Shown: positions 33,700 to 43,828, numbered from the stretch's first letter. The stretch: 47,322 nt of DNA from Verrucomicrobiota bacterium (GCA_041166945.1 JBEEGQ010000425.1:1-47322), one strand, 5' to 3'. Notes: generated by a model not told the origin, from the sequence alone. Numbers and translations are program-made.

Positions 33700-34290
33700 A
33701 TGAATGAATTGTCCCGCCGCAAATTTCTCACGGTCTCGTCGGCAATGAGCGGCGCGTTAATGATCCCGGGGACGGCCGAGGGCCCCGGCGAGAAGCCCGC
33801 GCCCGTCACCGCGTCCCCGCAGATCCTGGATCTGCATCTGCAAATCAATGGCGAGAGCCGGCGTCTCTCGGTCGATTCGCGAACGACCTTGCTCGATGCG
33901 CTGCGGGAACATCTCGGCCTGACAGGCACCAAAAAGGGATGCGATCACGGCCAGTGCGGCGCCTGCACGGTGCACCTGGATTCCACGCGCGTTCTCTCCT
34001 GCCTGACGCTGGCCGCGATGGTGGGTGAACGGAAGGTGACAACCATTGAAGGAATCGGGGGTGCCGATGGCGCGCTGCATCCCATGCAACAGGCGTTTAT
34101 CGAACACGATGCGTTCCAATGTGGCTACTGCACATCGGGTCAAATTATGTCGGCAATCGCATGCGTCCATGAAGGTCACGCGGACACCGATGCGAGGATT
34201 CGGGAATATATGAGCGGCAACCTCTGCCGGTGCGCGGCCTATCCGAATATTTGCGCCGCGATCCGGCAGGCAAAGTCGCACAAGGCTTGA
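33700..34290 (+). CDS. paoA: Aldehyde oxidoreductase (xanthine dehydrogenase family) 2x[2Fe-2S] small subunit with a TAT signal, PaoA-type
   Basis: Twin-arginine signal 'MNELSRRKFLTVSSAMSGALMIPGTAEG'. 'GCDHGQCGACTV' and 'QCGYCTSGQIMS..NLCRCAAY' are the two [2Fe-2S] motifs. Confidence 0.85.
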   Translation: MNELSRRKFLTVSSAMSGALMIPGTAEGPGEKPAPVTASPQILDLHLQINGESRRLSVDSRTTLLDALREHLGLTGTKKGCDHGQCGACTVHLDSTRVLSCLTLAAMVGERKVTTIEGIGGADGALHPMQQAFIEHDAFQCGYCTSGQIMSAIACVHEGHADTDARIREYMSGNLCRCAAYPNICAAIRQAKSHKA

Positions 34291-34367
34291 ATGATTCCGA
34301 CTAGGACTTGGAACCAACGGTGCTTTTCATGATGAACCATTCCGCGAGCTGACCGGGGGGAAGGATT

Positions 34368-35396
34368 ATGCGAGCCCTGACATTTCAAAAAGCGGCCAGT
34401 GCGGACAACGCCGTGCAGGCTGCCCTGGCTGCGGCTCCGCAGGCAGGCGTTGCGGCGACGGCGGCGCCCGGGCAGTTCATCGCCGGAGGCACAACGATTC
34501 TCGACTTGATGAAGCTCGACGTGATGCGTCCCCAAACGCTGATCGACATCAATCCCATCGGGCCGGGGGCCAACGACGGCATCGAGGTGACTGCGGCAGG
34601 AATCCGTTTCGACGCGCTGGTCCGGATGTCGCGGGCCGCGGAACATCCGGCGATTCTGCGCGATTACCCGGTGATTGCCCAATCCCTCCAACTTGCCGCG
34701 AGCGCGCAGGTGCGCAACATGGCGAGCCTCGGCGGGAATGTGCTGCAACGCACGCGCTGCGAATATTTCCGGCATACCTGCTGGGGGGCGTGCAACAAGC
34801 GCGATCCGGGATCCGGTTGCGCGGCGCTGGAAGGAGTGAATCGCCAGCATGCTATCCTCGGCGCGAGTGCGGACTGCATCGCGACCTACCCCGGAGATTT
34901 TGCGCAAGCTCTCATCGCGCTCGATGCGACGCTGGAAATTGCGGGCGCGCAGGTTAAGCGAACGATTCCGTTTTCGGAGCTGCATCGGCCGCCGGGCAAC
35001 ACACCGCACATCGAAACCACCCTGGCGCCCGGCGAATTGATCACCGCCATTTTCGTTCCAGCCGGCTCATGGACGCGCCGTTCGCGGTATCTGAAAATTC
35101 GCGATCGGGACTCGTATCAATTTGCACTGGCCTCGACGGCGGTGGCGCTGGATCTCGACGCGGGCATCGTCCGGGAAGCGCGCATTGCGCTGGGAGGCAT
35201 GGCGACCGTGCCGTGGCGATCGAAGGCGGCGGAAGCGGTCCTGAAAGGGAAGAAACTGGACGAAGCGGCGGCGCGCGCCGCCGGAGAGGCCGCATTTGGC
35301 GGCGCCCAAACTCGCGAACATAATCTTTACAAGGTGTCTCTTGGAAGACGAACGCTGGAGCGGGCGTTGCTCGAGACCGCATCGATGGAAATTTAA
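34368..35396 (+). CDS. paoB: Aldehyde oxidoreductase FAD-binding subunit with a [4Fe-4S]-type Cys cluster, PaoB-type
   Basis: 'FIAGGTTILDLMKL', 'ASLGGNVLQRTRCEYFRHTCWGACNKRDPGSGCAALEG' (four Cys, as in PaoB), CO dehydrogenase flavoprotein C-terminal-like tail. GGGGGAAGGA lies upstream of the ATG. Confidence 0.85.
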   Translation: MRALTFQKAASADNAVQAALAAAPQAGVAATAAPGQFIAGGTTILDLMKLDVMRPQTLIDINPIGPGANDGIEVTAAGIRFDALVRMSRAAEHPAILRDYPVIAQSLQLAASAQVRNMASLGGNVLQRTRCEYFRHTCWGACNKRDPGSGCAALEGVNRQHAILGASADCIATYPGDFAQALIALDATLEIAGAQVKRTIPFSELHRPPGNTPHIETTLAPGELITAIFVPAGSWTRRSRYLKIRDRDSYQFALASTAVALDLDAGIVREARIALGGMATVPWRSKAAEAVLKGKKLDEAAARAAGEAAFGGAQTREHNLYKVSLGRRTLERALLETASMEI

Positions 35397-35397
35397 C

Positions 35398-37671
35398 ATG
35401 CCCGCCGCCGCACGCGATCCCAAAGCCAACATGGGCCAGCCGGTTCCCCGCATCGAGGCGCGGCTGAAAGTGACCGGCCTCGCCCGTTACGCCTCCGATG
35501 AACCGGTCCACAATGCAGCGCACGCCGCGCTGGTCACGAGTTCGATCGCGCTCGGGCGGATCACAAAAATGGATCTCGCCGCCGCCAGGGAGGTGCCGGG
35601 TGTGCTGGAGATTTTTACGCACGAAAATGCGGGCGGGATCAAGGCCTCCAGATTTTTCCACGAGGGCGGAACCGCGGCCACGACCGTCGTGCCACTCGCT
35701 TCGACGCGGATCCATCATGCCGGTCAAATCGTCGCGATGGTGGTGGCGGAAACGTATGAAGCGGCGCGCGAGGCTGCGTTCAGGGTGAAGGTGGACTACG
35801 AGGAGCAGAAGCCCGCAGCCACTTTTGACTCACCGGGCGTCGAGACCGTTGCGATCGCGAAAATTTCGAAGGAACACAAGGATCCGGCCGTGGGCGACGC
35901 CGAAGCGGCGTTTGCAGCCGCGGATGTGAAGGTGGATTCTGAATTCGCGACGCCCCCGCAGCATCACAATCCGATGGAGCTTTTCAGCACAACCTGCGTG
36001 TGGTCGAACGACGAGCTCACCATCTACGAGCCCAGCCAGTTTGTTTATTGTCTCAAGAATGGTGTTGCTGAACAGCTCGGGATCGATGCGCAAAAAGTTC
36101 GCGTGATCAGCACTTACGTGGGGGGCGCGTTCGGCTCCAAAGCGTCTGTGACCCCGCGCACCGCCATTGTTGCGTGGGCAGCGCGCCACCTGCGGCGGCC
36201 CGTGAAGCTGGTCATGACCCGCGCCCAGGCTTACACGACCACGACGTATCGCGCGGAAACCCGGCATCGCATCCGCCTCGGCGCGAGACAGGATGGCCGG
36301 CTGGTCGCGTATCTCCATGACGGACGCGAGGTGACGTCGCGTTCCGATGACTATTATGTCGCGGGCACCACCAACAGCGTGCGCATGTACGCGTTCGGCG
36401 CGGCGGCGACGAAGGCCAGCGTCGTGAAGACCGACCGCAGCACACCGGGTTTCATGCGGTCGCCGCTCGAGGTCCCCTACATGTTTGCACTCGAAGCGGC
36501 GATGGACGAGATGGCGGAAAAACTGAACATGGATCCCGTCGAGTTTCGCCGCATCAACGACACGAAAAAGGATGTGATCACCGGCAAACCCTACAGCAGC
36601 CGGTCGCTGATGGAATGTTACGCCGAAGCGGCCCAAATTTTTGGATGGTCTCGCCGCAATCCGAAGCCGGGTTCAATGCGCGACGGCGACTGGCTCATCG
36701 GGTGGGGCTGCGCAACAGCGACCTATCCGACGCTGGCTGCGCCAGCGACCGCGCGGGTGCAACTTTATGCCGAAGGCCGCGCGCGAGTCCAACTGGCAGC
36801 GCACGACGTGGGCACCGGCACTTACACGATCGTGGCCCAGCGGGTCGCTGAACGCCTCGGTCTGCCGGTGGATGCCGTCCAGGTCCTCATGGGCGACAGC
36901 GCCCTCCCGCCCGCGCCGGTGTCGGGCGGATCCAATGTGACCGCCAGCGTTTGCTCCGTTCTCGGCAAGGCCTGCGATGCGATTCGCGAAAAAATATTCC
37001 ATGCGGCGACGCGCGAGGGACCCCTCGCGCGGCAGTCCGCGGCAAAACTGGATTTAAAGGACGGCGCCATTGTCTCGCCGGACGGACGGAGCGAGAAGCT
37101 CGAGGCGGCATTTAACGCGATGGGCACGAGCGTCATCGAGGAATACGCCGAATGGTTTCCACCAGGCAAATCCCCCAAGGATGTGAAGGGTCTGTACAAA
37201 GGGTCGGCCGGAATCACCGGCGGACCGAACTGGGATAAGATTGCGTTCGCCTTCGGCGCGGAATTTGTCGAATTGCGCATCCATCGATTGACCCGCGAAA
37301 TTCGAGTACCGAGAATCGTGGGCGCGTTCGCGGCGGGCCACATCATGAATCCTCGCACAGCGCGCAGCCAACTGATGGGCGGGATGATTTGGGGCATCAG
37401 CTCGGCCTTGCACGAGGCCACCGAGATCGATAAACGCCATGCCCGATTCGTGAACACGGACATCGCTGAATACCTGATTCCTGTAAATGCCGATGTGCCG
37501 TCCGTTGAAGTGATCCTGATGTCGGAAACCGACAGTTTTGTGCCGTCGGGAGTGAAGGGCCTCGGTGAGCTGGCGAATGTAGGAACATCCGCGGCGATCG
37601 CCAGCGCTGTTTATCACGCCACCGGCAAGCGGGTGCGGGAATTGCCGATCACGTTGGACAAGCTGCTCTGA
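35398..37671 (+). CDS. paoC: Aldehyde oxidoreductase molybdopterin-binding large subunit, PaoC-type
   Basis: ATG 35398 lies 2 nt after the paoB stop. 'RIEARLKVTGLARYASD', 'QHHNPMELFSTT', 'VGGAFGSK', 'GVKGLGELANVGTSAAIASAVYHATGKRVRELPIT'. Confidence 0.9.
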   Translation: MPAAARDPKANMGQPVPRIEARLKVTGLARYASDEPVHNAAHAALVTSSIALGRITKMDLAAAREVPGVLEIFTHENAGGIKASRFFHEGGTAATTVVPLASTRIHHAGQIVAMVVAETYEAAREAAFRVKVDYEEQKPAATFDSPGVETVAIAKISKEHKDPAVGDAEAAFAAADVKVDSEFATPPQHHNPMELFSTTCVWSNDELTIYEPSQFVYCLKNGVAEQLGIDAQKVRVISTYVGGAFGSKASVTPRTAIVAWAARHLRRPVKLVMTRAQAYTTTTYRAETRHRIRLGARQDGRLVAYLHDGREVTSRSDDYYVAGTTNSVRMYAFGAAATKASVVKTDRSTPGFMRSPLEVPYMFALEAAMDEMAEKLNMDPVEFRRINDTKKDVITGKPYSSRSLMECYAEAAQIFGWSRRNPKPGSMRDGDWLIGWGCATATYPTLAAPATARVQLYAEGRARVQLAAHDVGTGTYTIVAQRVAERLGLPVDAVQVLMGDSALPPAPVSGGSNVTASVCSVLGKACDAIREKIFHAATREGPLARQSAAKLDLKDGAIVSPDGRSEKLEAAFNAMGTSVIEEYAEWFPPGKSPKDVKGLYKGSAGITGGPNWDKIAFAFGAEFVELRIHRLTREIRVPRIVGAFAAGHIMNPRTARSQLMGGMIWGISSALHEATEIDKRHARFVNTDIAEYLIPVNADVPSVEVILMSETDSFVPSGVKGLGELANVGTSAAIASAVYHATGKRVRELPITLDKLL

Positions 37672-37680
37672 GAACTTTGG

Positions 37681-37838
37681 CAGTCCAAGGTCCAAATTGT
37701 CGAAATGGCTCACGTGGTTTTCTTCCTTTATTTTGGACGGCGGGGACATGTCCCCGCTTTTCCTGCGCCGTCATTGGGTGAGCATGGTCGAAGCATGGAG
37801 CCAAAGCGGTGGCATGCCACCGCAGTCCAAGGTCCAAA
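37681..37838. repeat. Intergenic repeat cluster: a 16-bp direct repeat (x2) plus two perfect palindromes
   Basis: CAGTCCAAGGTCCAAA at 37681-37696 and 37823-37838. An 18-bp perfect palindrome GCGGGGACATGTCCCCGC at 37740-37757. A 16-bp perfect palindrome CGGTGGCATGCCACCG at 37807-37822. Confidence 0.85.
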
Positions 37839-38040
37839 AAACCGACGCGGTTTATCACGGTCTTTTTTCTCCATGCCACGAGCGATGTCCGTTGCTGCCA
37901 CCAATGCCGGACCATCGCGAGCTGGGAGGCGCGGCGTCGGCGAAACCAACAGGTGGGTTGTGTCCGCAGCCGTCGAAATCCCGGAGATAACGCTCTGAAG
38001 ACGGTTGACGGGCGGGGGGCGGGGAACAAGCATCCTGTCC

Positions 38041-39081
38041 ATGCCCAAACTCGCATGCATCGCCCGCTGCTTCTTCGCCATCTCAATATTCGTTGGCAGC
38101 TCGTTATCAGCCGCGGCTCAATGGACGAATGTCACGGGCAACCTTGCCGGCATCGATTCGGAATGTGGCAACCTTTGCCTGCTCTCCCTGGTTCCCGGTC
38201 AGGATCGCATTATTGCCGGCATCGCCAAACGAGGGCTGTGGCAGACCACGGATGGCGGTGACCATTGGGCGCCACTCGGCCAGGCGACGGATTCCGACGC
38301 CATCGTCAATCGGCCGTCGAGGATCTTTTACGATCCGGCCAATGCAAATATTTTTTGGGAAAGCGGCATTTACAATGGGCCTGGCGTCTATCGGACCACC
38401 AATGGCGGGCAATCATTTCAACACCTCGGGAACGCGCGTCACAACGATGACGTGAGCGTCGATCTTTCCGACCCGCGACGCCGGACGCTGCTGGCCGGAA
38501 GCCATGAACAATCGCGGTCGGTGTGGAAATCGGTGGATGGCGGACAAACCTGGACCAACATTGGCACGGCACTGCCCGAAGGAAGCAAATTTTCATCGAA
38601 CCCATTGCTCGTCGATGCAGCGACCTATCTTGTCAATTCGTCGGGCTGGGGAAAAGGGACCGGAGGAATTTTTAGGACGATCAACGCCGGGGCGACGTGG
38701 ACCCAGGCGAGCCATCTAGAAGCAAACGACGCTCCTGTCGTGGCATCGGACGGGTCGATCTATTGGCCACTGATGTATGATCGGGGGCTGGTGCGGAGCA
38801 CGGATCGCGGGGAGACCTGGAAGCAGGTTTGCGGTCCCGGCCAAATCAAGGGCTCGAAAATCATCGAACTGCCGGGGGGCAAACTCGCTGCCGTGGCTGG
38901 CAAGACCATCAAGGTTTCCTCGGACCAGGGGGCGAGTTGGAAACCGGTGATGGATCCCCTGCCCGTTCCAGCCAGCGGATTGATCTATTCCCCCGCGCGC
39001 GGGTCGGTGTTCATCTGGCATTGGGACTGCGGAAACAAGGTGCTCACCAACGCCATCTGGCGGCATGCCTTCATTCCATGA
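38041..39081 (+). CDS. BNR/Asp-box repeat beta-propeller protein (sialidase/Ycf48-like fold), secreted
   Basis: Signal 'MPKLACIARCFFAISIFVGSSLSAAAQ'. Six Asp-box-like repeats: 'TTDGGDHWAPLG', 'TTNGGQSFQHLG', 'SVDGGQTWTNIG', 'TINAGATWTQAS', 'STDRGETWKQV', 'SSDQGASWKPV'. Confidence 0.8.
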   Translation: MPKLACIARCFFAISIFVGSSLSAAAQWTNVTGNLAGIDSECGNLCLLSLVPGQDRIIAGIAKRGLWQTTDGGDHWAPLGQATDSDAIVNRPSRIFYDPANANIFWESGIYNGPGVYRTTNGGQSFQHLGNARHNDDVSVDLSDPRRRTLLAGSHEQSRSVWKSVDGGQTWTNIGTALPEGSKFSSNPLLVDAATYLVNSSGWGKGTGGIFRTINAGATWTQASHLEANDAPVVASDGSIYWPLMYDRGLVRSTDRGETWKQVCGPGQIKGSKIIELPGGKLAAVAGKTIKVSSDQGASWKPVMDPLPVPASGLIYSPARGSVFIWHWDCGNKVLTNAIWRHAFIP

Positions 39082-41435
39082 CGCCGGCCCGGAAGGAATT
39101 GAACCGGCGCGATTTTTTGCGCCTCACCGCCGCCGTCGCCGGAGGAACGCTCCTGGCAGAACCGGTTGAACCTCGCGCGTCCGAGCGTTCGCAGCGGACG
39201 TCGATAGGAGTGGGCGACTTGCCGAAAGGATCGGCTCCTGCCCCTGTCGCAACGCCGCATTTTCCCGATCGCCTGCACGCATTTATCTGGCGGAATTGGT
39301 CCCTGGTAACGGTTGCGAAAATGGCGGCGGTGATTGGGGCGAGGCCGTCCGACGTTTTGAAACTCGGCCTCGCGATGGGGCTTCCACGTCCGAGATCGAT
39401 CCCGAGGGATCAGTCCCGGCGTTCCTACATCACGATTGTGAAGCGGAACTGGCATCTGCTGCCGTACGAACAGTTGCTGTCGCTGTTGGATTGGACACCG
39501 CAGCAGTTGGAGTTCGCGTTGCGCGAAGACGACTTTCTTTACGTCAAGCTGGGCAACCTGAAGCCGCGATGCCAACCGTTGAAGTTTGCAACGCCATCGC
39601 CTTCCGCCCTGGCGCGCGCGCGGCAAATTGCGAGTGTCCTGAAGGAGGAATTTCCACGCCCCATCCTCGACGATGGCGAACCGCTGTTCCACTTCGTGAA
39701 GGACCTATCGAGTCCGGTGAAAGCCCGCGAACGGACGGGACAGGCCTCGATGGTCTCCCCGCGATTTTGCTACTCGTATTTCGCGCTCTATGGCGATCCG
39801 TTGCTGGATACGGCAACCGACCCTTATCCGGATGGCTATCTCGCGCGGCTGCGCAACTGCGGCGTGAACGGCGTCTGGCTGCAAGGCATGCTTTCAAAGC
39901 TCGCTCCCTTTCCCTGGGCGCCGGAGTTGAGCGAACATTACGAAACCCGGCTGGACAACCTACGCCGGCTGGTCGCGCGGGCCCGCAAGTTGGACATCGG
40001 AATTTATCTTTACCTGAACGAGCCCCGTTCGATGCCATTGAAGTTTTTTGCGGCGCATCCGGAGTTGAAAGGGGTTGTCGAAGGGGATTACGCCGCTCTT
40101 TGCACAAGCCATCCCGGCGTTCGCAATTACATTCGCGACGCGCTTGGCCAGGTGTGCCGGGCTGTCCCGGACCTCGCTGGATTTTTTACCATCACAGCCT
40201 CGGAAAACCTGAGCAACTGCTGGTCGCATGGAAACGGCAGAGGCTGCCCGCGCTGCGGGACGCGATCGCCCGCGGATGTCGTCGCGGAAGTCAACGGGTC
40301 GATCCTTCAGGGCATCCAACAAGCCGGCAGCCGTTCGCAGTTGATCGCGTGGGACTGGGGATGGAATGACGCCTGGGCCGGCGACGTCCTGCGACAGTTG
40401 CCGCGGGAAATCGCGCTGATGAGCGTCAGCGAATGGAGTCTTCCGATCGAACGCGGCGGGGTGAAGACGAGCGTGGGAGAATATTCCATCTCATCCATTG
40501 GCCCCGGGCCGCGCGCGACGCGTCATTGGCAAATGGCCCGCGAGCGGGGGATGAAAACTCTCGCGAAAATTCAGGCTGGCAACACCTGGGAACTCTCGGC
40601 GGTTCCCTACATCCCGGCAGTCGAAAATGTGGCCCGGCATGCCGTGAACCTGAGGAATGCAAAGATGGATGGATTGATGCTCGGTTGGACGTTGGGAGGA
40701 TATCCCTCGCCGAACCTGGAAGTCGCAGCGGAAATTTCCAGCGCGCCGGACGTCTCAGCGGATGCGGCGATGCAACGGGTCGCCGCGAGACGTTTTGGCG
40801 CGAATGCGGGACGGGCAGTGGTCAGCGCGTGGAAACAATTCAGTGCCGCGTTCAGCGAGTTTCCATTCCACGGCGGCCTGGTTTACGCCGCACCGTTGCA
40901 GTTGGGGCCGGCCAATCCGTTGTGGAGCGAACCGACCGGCTATGTGCATTCGATGGTCGGTTTTCCCTACGACAACCTCGATGGCTGGCGCGCGGTGTAT
41001 CCCGTCGACGTCTTCATCGCGCAATTTGAAAAGATCGCCGCCGGTTTCGAGCGAGCGCTGGGGGAGTTGAGGACCGCCTCGGGCGGCCTGCCGATGAAGA
41101 GGGCGGAAAAAACGGAGTTAGGACGCGAACTGGACGTCGCTGAGGCCGCGGCGATCCATTTTAAAAGCGTCGCCAACCAGGCGCGTTTCATTGAAGCGCG
41201 GAAGGGGCTTTCCGAGGCCGGAAAAGGAGAGCCAAGGTCAGCTCTGGTTGTGGAACTGGAGCGGGTGATACGGGATGAACTGCGCCTGGCCAAGCGGCTC
41301 CTGGCCATTCAAAGCCGCGACTCGCGGATTGGATTCGAGGCATCGAACCATTATTTTTACGTGCCCGCCGACCTCGTTGAGAAAGTGTTGAACTGCCGCG
41401 ACCTTTTGGATCGCTGGCTGCCGACGCCCGCTTGA
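39078..41435 (+). CDS. TAT-signal exported protein, possibly a glycoside-hydrolase-like TIM-barrel enzyme (function uncertain)
   Basis: ATG 39078 overlaps the upstream stop (ATGA). 'MTPARKELNRRDFLRLTAAVAGGTLLA' is a TAT signal. 'GVNGVWLQGMLSKL', 'IGIYLYLNEPRSMP' and 'FFTITASENLSNCWSHGNGRGCPRCG' look like TIM-barrel strand ends. The family was not confidently recognised. Confidence 0.6.
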   Translation: MTPARKELNRRDFLRLTAAVAGGTLLAEPVEPRASERSQRTSIGVGDLPKGSAPAPVATPHFPDRLHAFIWRNWSLVTVAKMAAVIGARPSDVLKLGLAMGLPRPRSIPRDQSRRSYITIVKRNWHLLPYEQLLSLLDWTPQQLEFALREDDFLYVKLGNLKPRCQPLKFATPSPSALARARQIASVLKEEFPRPILDDGEPLFHFVKDLSSPVKARERTGQASMVSPRFCYSYFALYGDPLLDTATDPYPDGYLARLRNCGVNGVWLQGMLSKLAPFPWAPELSEHYETRLDNLRRLVARARKLDIGIYLYLNEPRSMPLKFFAAHPELKGVVEGDYAALCTSHPGVRNYIRDALGQVCRAVPDLAGFFTITASENLSNCWSHGNGRGCPRCGTRSPADVVAEVNGSILQGIQQAGSRSQLIAWDWGWNDAWAGDVLRQLPREIALMSVSEWSLPIERGGVKTSVGEYSISSIGPGPRATRHWQMARERGMKTLAKIQAGNTWELSAVPYIPAVENVARHAVNLRNAKMDGLMLGWTLGGYPSPNLEVAAEISSAPDVSADAAMQRVAARRFGANAGRAVVSAWKQFSAAFSEFPFHGGLVYAAPLQLGPANPLWSEPTGYVHSMVGFPYDNLDGWRAVYPVDVFIAQFEKIAAGFERALGELRTASGGLPMKRAEKTELGRELDVAEAAAIHFKSVANQARFIEARKGLSEAGKGEPRSALVVELERVIRDELRLAKRLLAIQSRDSRIGFEASNHYFYVPADLVEKVLNCRDLLDRWLPTPA

Positions 41436-41576
41436 GGGCGGGTCTTTGAGGCTGCGCCTGTCGGCGCTGTGACGGAGTGGGACAGACCTGCGAGCTCTGC
41501 CGTCGTCAGAGGATGGCTCAGCCGAATAGCCGAACATCTCCCAATCGTGCTGAAAACTGGCATCGGACGGGCGCCT

Positions 41577-41616
41577 GCCGGTTAACAACCGGCGATACAG
41601 CCGACTGCCAGTCGGC
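41577..41616. repeat. Two adjacent GC-rich palindromes in the intergenic region upstream of the TetR gene
   Basis: GCCGGTT-AAC-AACCGGC (41577-41593) and GCCGACTG-C-CAGTCGGC (41600-41616). Confidence 0.7.
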
Positions 41617-41758
41617 GCTACGGGCGCAGCAGCGCAAAAGGTGGTGAGTCGTCTGATTATTTCGGACTCGTCTGGGCTTGGGGACCTTGCTGCGCCCGAG
41701 GACGGGCGCGCTCCGCGCTGGCTTGACAATGGGTTTCAAATGAGTCAGTGCTCAGTTT

Positions 41759-42400
41759 GTGAATCGGCGTTCAGTTATTGATGCAGGCGTCAGTGCTTTG
41801 CCGCGTCGAGAGCGGGATCGGCTGCGGCGGCGGGCGGACATTCTGCGGGCGGCCGAGATGGTCTTTGCCGGGAAGGGTTATCACGACGCATCCATCGAGG
41901 AGATCGCCGGGGCGGCCGAGTATGGCACGGGAACAGTCTATCTTTATTTCAAGGACAAGGAGGCGCTGTATCTGGAGCTTTTTGAGGGAAAAATCCGGGA
42001 GCTGATCCAATTCATCCGGGATCGAATGGGCGCGGAACAACAACCGGCGCGGGCATTGAGGGAACTGATCCAGGCGCGCATGGATTATTTCGATCGGAAC
42101 CGGGGCTTCTTCCAAATCTACGTGCGGGAGGGGATGAACCTTGGATGGAGCAAGCACCAGCGATGGGATGGAGTGCACCGGCTTTACGAGGAATACCTGG
42201 ATCTCCTGACGCGATGGATCCGAAAAGGACAGCAGCAGCGGATTTTTCGACGGAACGATCCGCGGCGCCTGGCCATTGCGCTGTCGGGGATGATGATCCA
42301 ACTGACGCAGGACTGGTTGAAGAGCAACGAGCACCAGCCGCTGACGGAACAGGTGGAGTTTGTTTTCGATCTATTTTTACGAGGGGCATCCTCTCCATAA
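41759..42400 (+). CDS. TetR/AcrR family transcriptional regulator
   Basis: HTH region 'RRADILRAAEMVFAGKGYHDASIEEIAGAAEYGTGTVYLYFKDKEALYLELF'. GTG start. It lies directly upstream of the efflux genes. Confidence 0.9.
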   Translation: MNRRSVIDAGVSALPRRERDRLRRRADILRAAEMVFAGKGYHDASIEEIAGAAEYGTGTVYLYFKDKEALYLELFEGKIRELIQFIRDRMGAEQQPARALRELIQARMDYFDRNRGFFQIYVREGMNLGWSKHQRWDGVHRLYEEYLDLLTRWIRKGQQQRIFRRNDPRRLAIALSGMMIQLTQDWLKSNEHQPLTEQVEFVFDLFLRGASSP

Positions 42401-42403
42401 GGA

Positions 42404-43828
42404 ATGCGTGTGACTCGATCGATATGGGGATGGGCGAGCCTGCTGGTGGCGCTGGCGGGATGCAGCGTGGGGCCGAATTATCACGCACCCAAACCGCAGT
42501 TCCCCGCCGAATGGCTCGAGGCGAAGGAGGGGACGCTCACGAATGCGACGATGGCACTGGCCGCGTGGTGGACCAACTTCAATGACGCGACGCTGGATTC
42601 GCTGGTGGGAGCGGCGATCCGATCCAATTACGATTTGAAGGCGGCGGAGGCGCGATTGCGGGCGGGCCGGGCATTGCGGGGGGCGGTGTTGTCGGATTTT
42701 CTTCCCGCCATTGACGCCAACGGGTCGTATACGAAGGCGCGCCGGAGCCAGAATGCCCTGGCGTTTCCCGTCCGGCTCATCGACACCGAAACGTACCAGG
42801 CGGGGTTCGATGCCTCGTGGGAAATCGACGTGTTCGGTGGCAAGCGCCGCGCGCTGGAGGCGGTGAACGCAGATTTGCAGGCGATCGAGGAGGACCGGCG
42901 GATGGTGTTGGTTTCGGTGGTTTCGGAGGTGGCGCGGAATTACATCCAGTTGCGGGGGACGCAACAGCGCCTCGGATTGGCCCGGAAGAATTTAGGGACC
43001 CAGCAGGAGACACTGGAGATCACGCAGCAGCGCTTCAAAGCGGGATTGGCGGCGGACCTGGAGGTTTCCCAAGCCCGGGCCGTGTTCGCGACGACGCGAT
43101 CGCAGCTGCCGCAGATTGAATTGATGGAGAAGGAATATCTTCATCGACTGAGCCTGCTTTTAGGGAAGGCGCCGGGCGAGCTGGGGACGGATCTCGAGAG
43201 CGGAGGTCCGATTCCGCCCACGCCTCCTGAGATTCCGGCGGGTTTGCCTTCGGACTTGCTGCGGCGGCGGCCCGACGTGCGTCGTGCGGAGCGGCAGCTG
43301 GCGGCGGCGACGGCGCGCATCGGCGTGGCGACGGCGGAGTTGTTTCCAAAATTCTCGCTGACCGGCGTTGCCGGTTTTCAAAGTTTGCGCGCGGCCAACT
43401 TGATTTCGCCTGGAAGCGAATTCTGGTCGTTTGGACCTTCGGTTCGATGGAGGATCCTGGAATATCCGCGTCTCCGGGCGCAGGTGCGGGCGCAGAATGC
43501 GCAGCAGGAACAGGCGTTGGCGCAGTTTCAACAAACCGTGCTGACGTCGCTCGAGGAGGTGGAAAATGCGCTGGTGGCGTACGAGAAAGAGAAGGAGCGC
43601 CAAGCGGCGTTGATCGAAGCCGTCGATGCCAATCGGCGGGCGTTTGATCTGGCGAACCAGGTTTACACGAGCGGCGTTGCGGAATTCCTCAATGTGTTGG
43701 TCGCCGCCCGCAGCCTTTATGAAGCCGAGGATGCGCTGGCCCAAAGCCGAGGCGCTGTCTCCGTCAACCTTGTGGCCCTTTACAAAGCCCTCGGCGGGGG
43801 CTGGGAATCGGAAGCGAACACTCCATGA
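42404..43828 (+). CDS. RND efflux outer-membrane factor lipoprotein (NodT family)
   Basis: Lipobox 'LVALAGCSVGPNYHAPKP', 'WWTNFNDATLDSLV', two TolC-like repeats, 'ALYKALGGGW'. AAGGA lies before the ATG. Confidence 0.9.
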   Translation: MRVTRSIWGWASLLVALAGCSVGPNYHAPKPQFPAEWLEAKEGTLTNATMALAAWWTNFNDATLDSLVGAAIRSNYDLKAAEARLRAGRALRGAVLSDFLPAIDANGSYTKARRSQNALAFPVRLIDTETYQAGFDASWEIDVFGGKRRALEAVNADLQAIEEDRRMVLVSVVSEVARNYIQLRGTQQRLGLARKNLGTQQETLEITQQRFKAGLAADLEVSQARAVFATTRSQLPQIELMEKEYLHRLSLLLGKAPGELGTDLESGGPIPPTPPEIPAGLPSDLLRRRPDVRRAERQLAAATARIGVATAELFPKFSLTGVAGFQSLRAANLISPGSEFWSFGPSVRWRILEYPRLRAQVRAQNAQQEQALAQFQQTVLTSLEEVENALVAYEKEKERQAALIEAVDANRRAFDLANQVYTSGVAEFLNVLVAARSLYEAEDALAQSRGAVSVNLVALYKALGGGWESEANTP

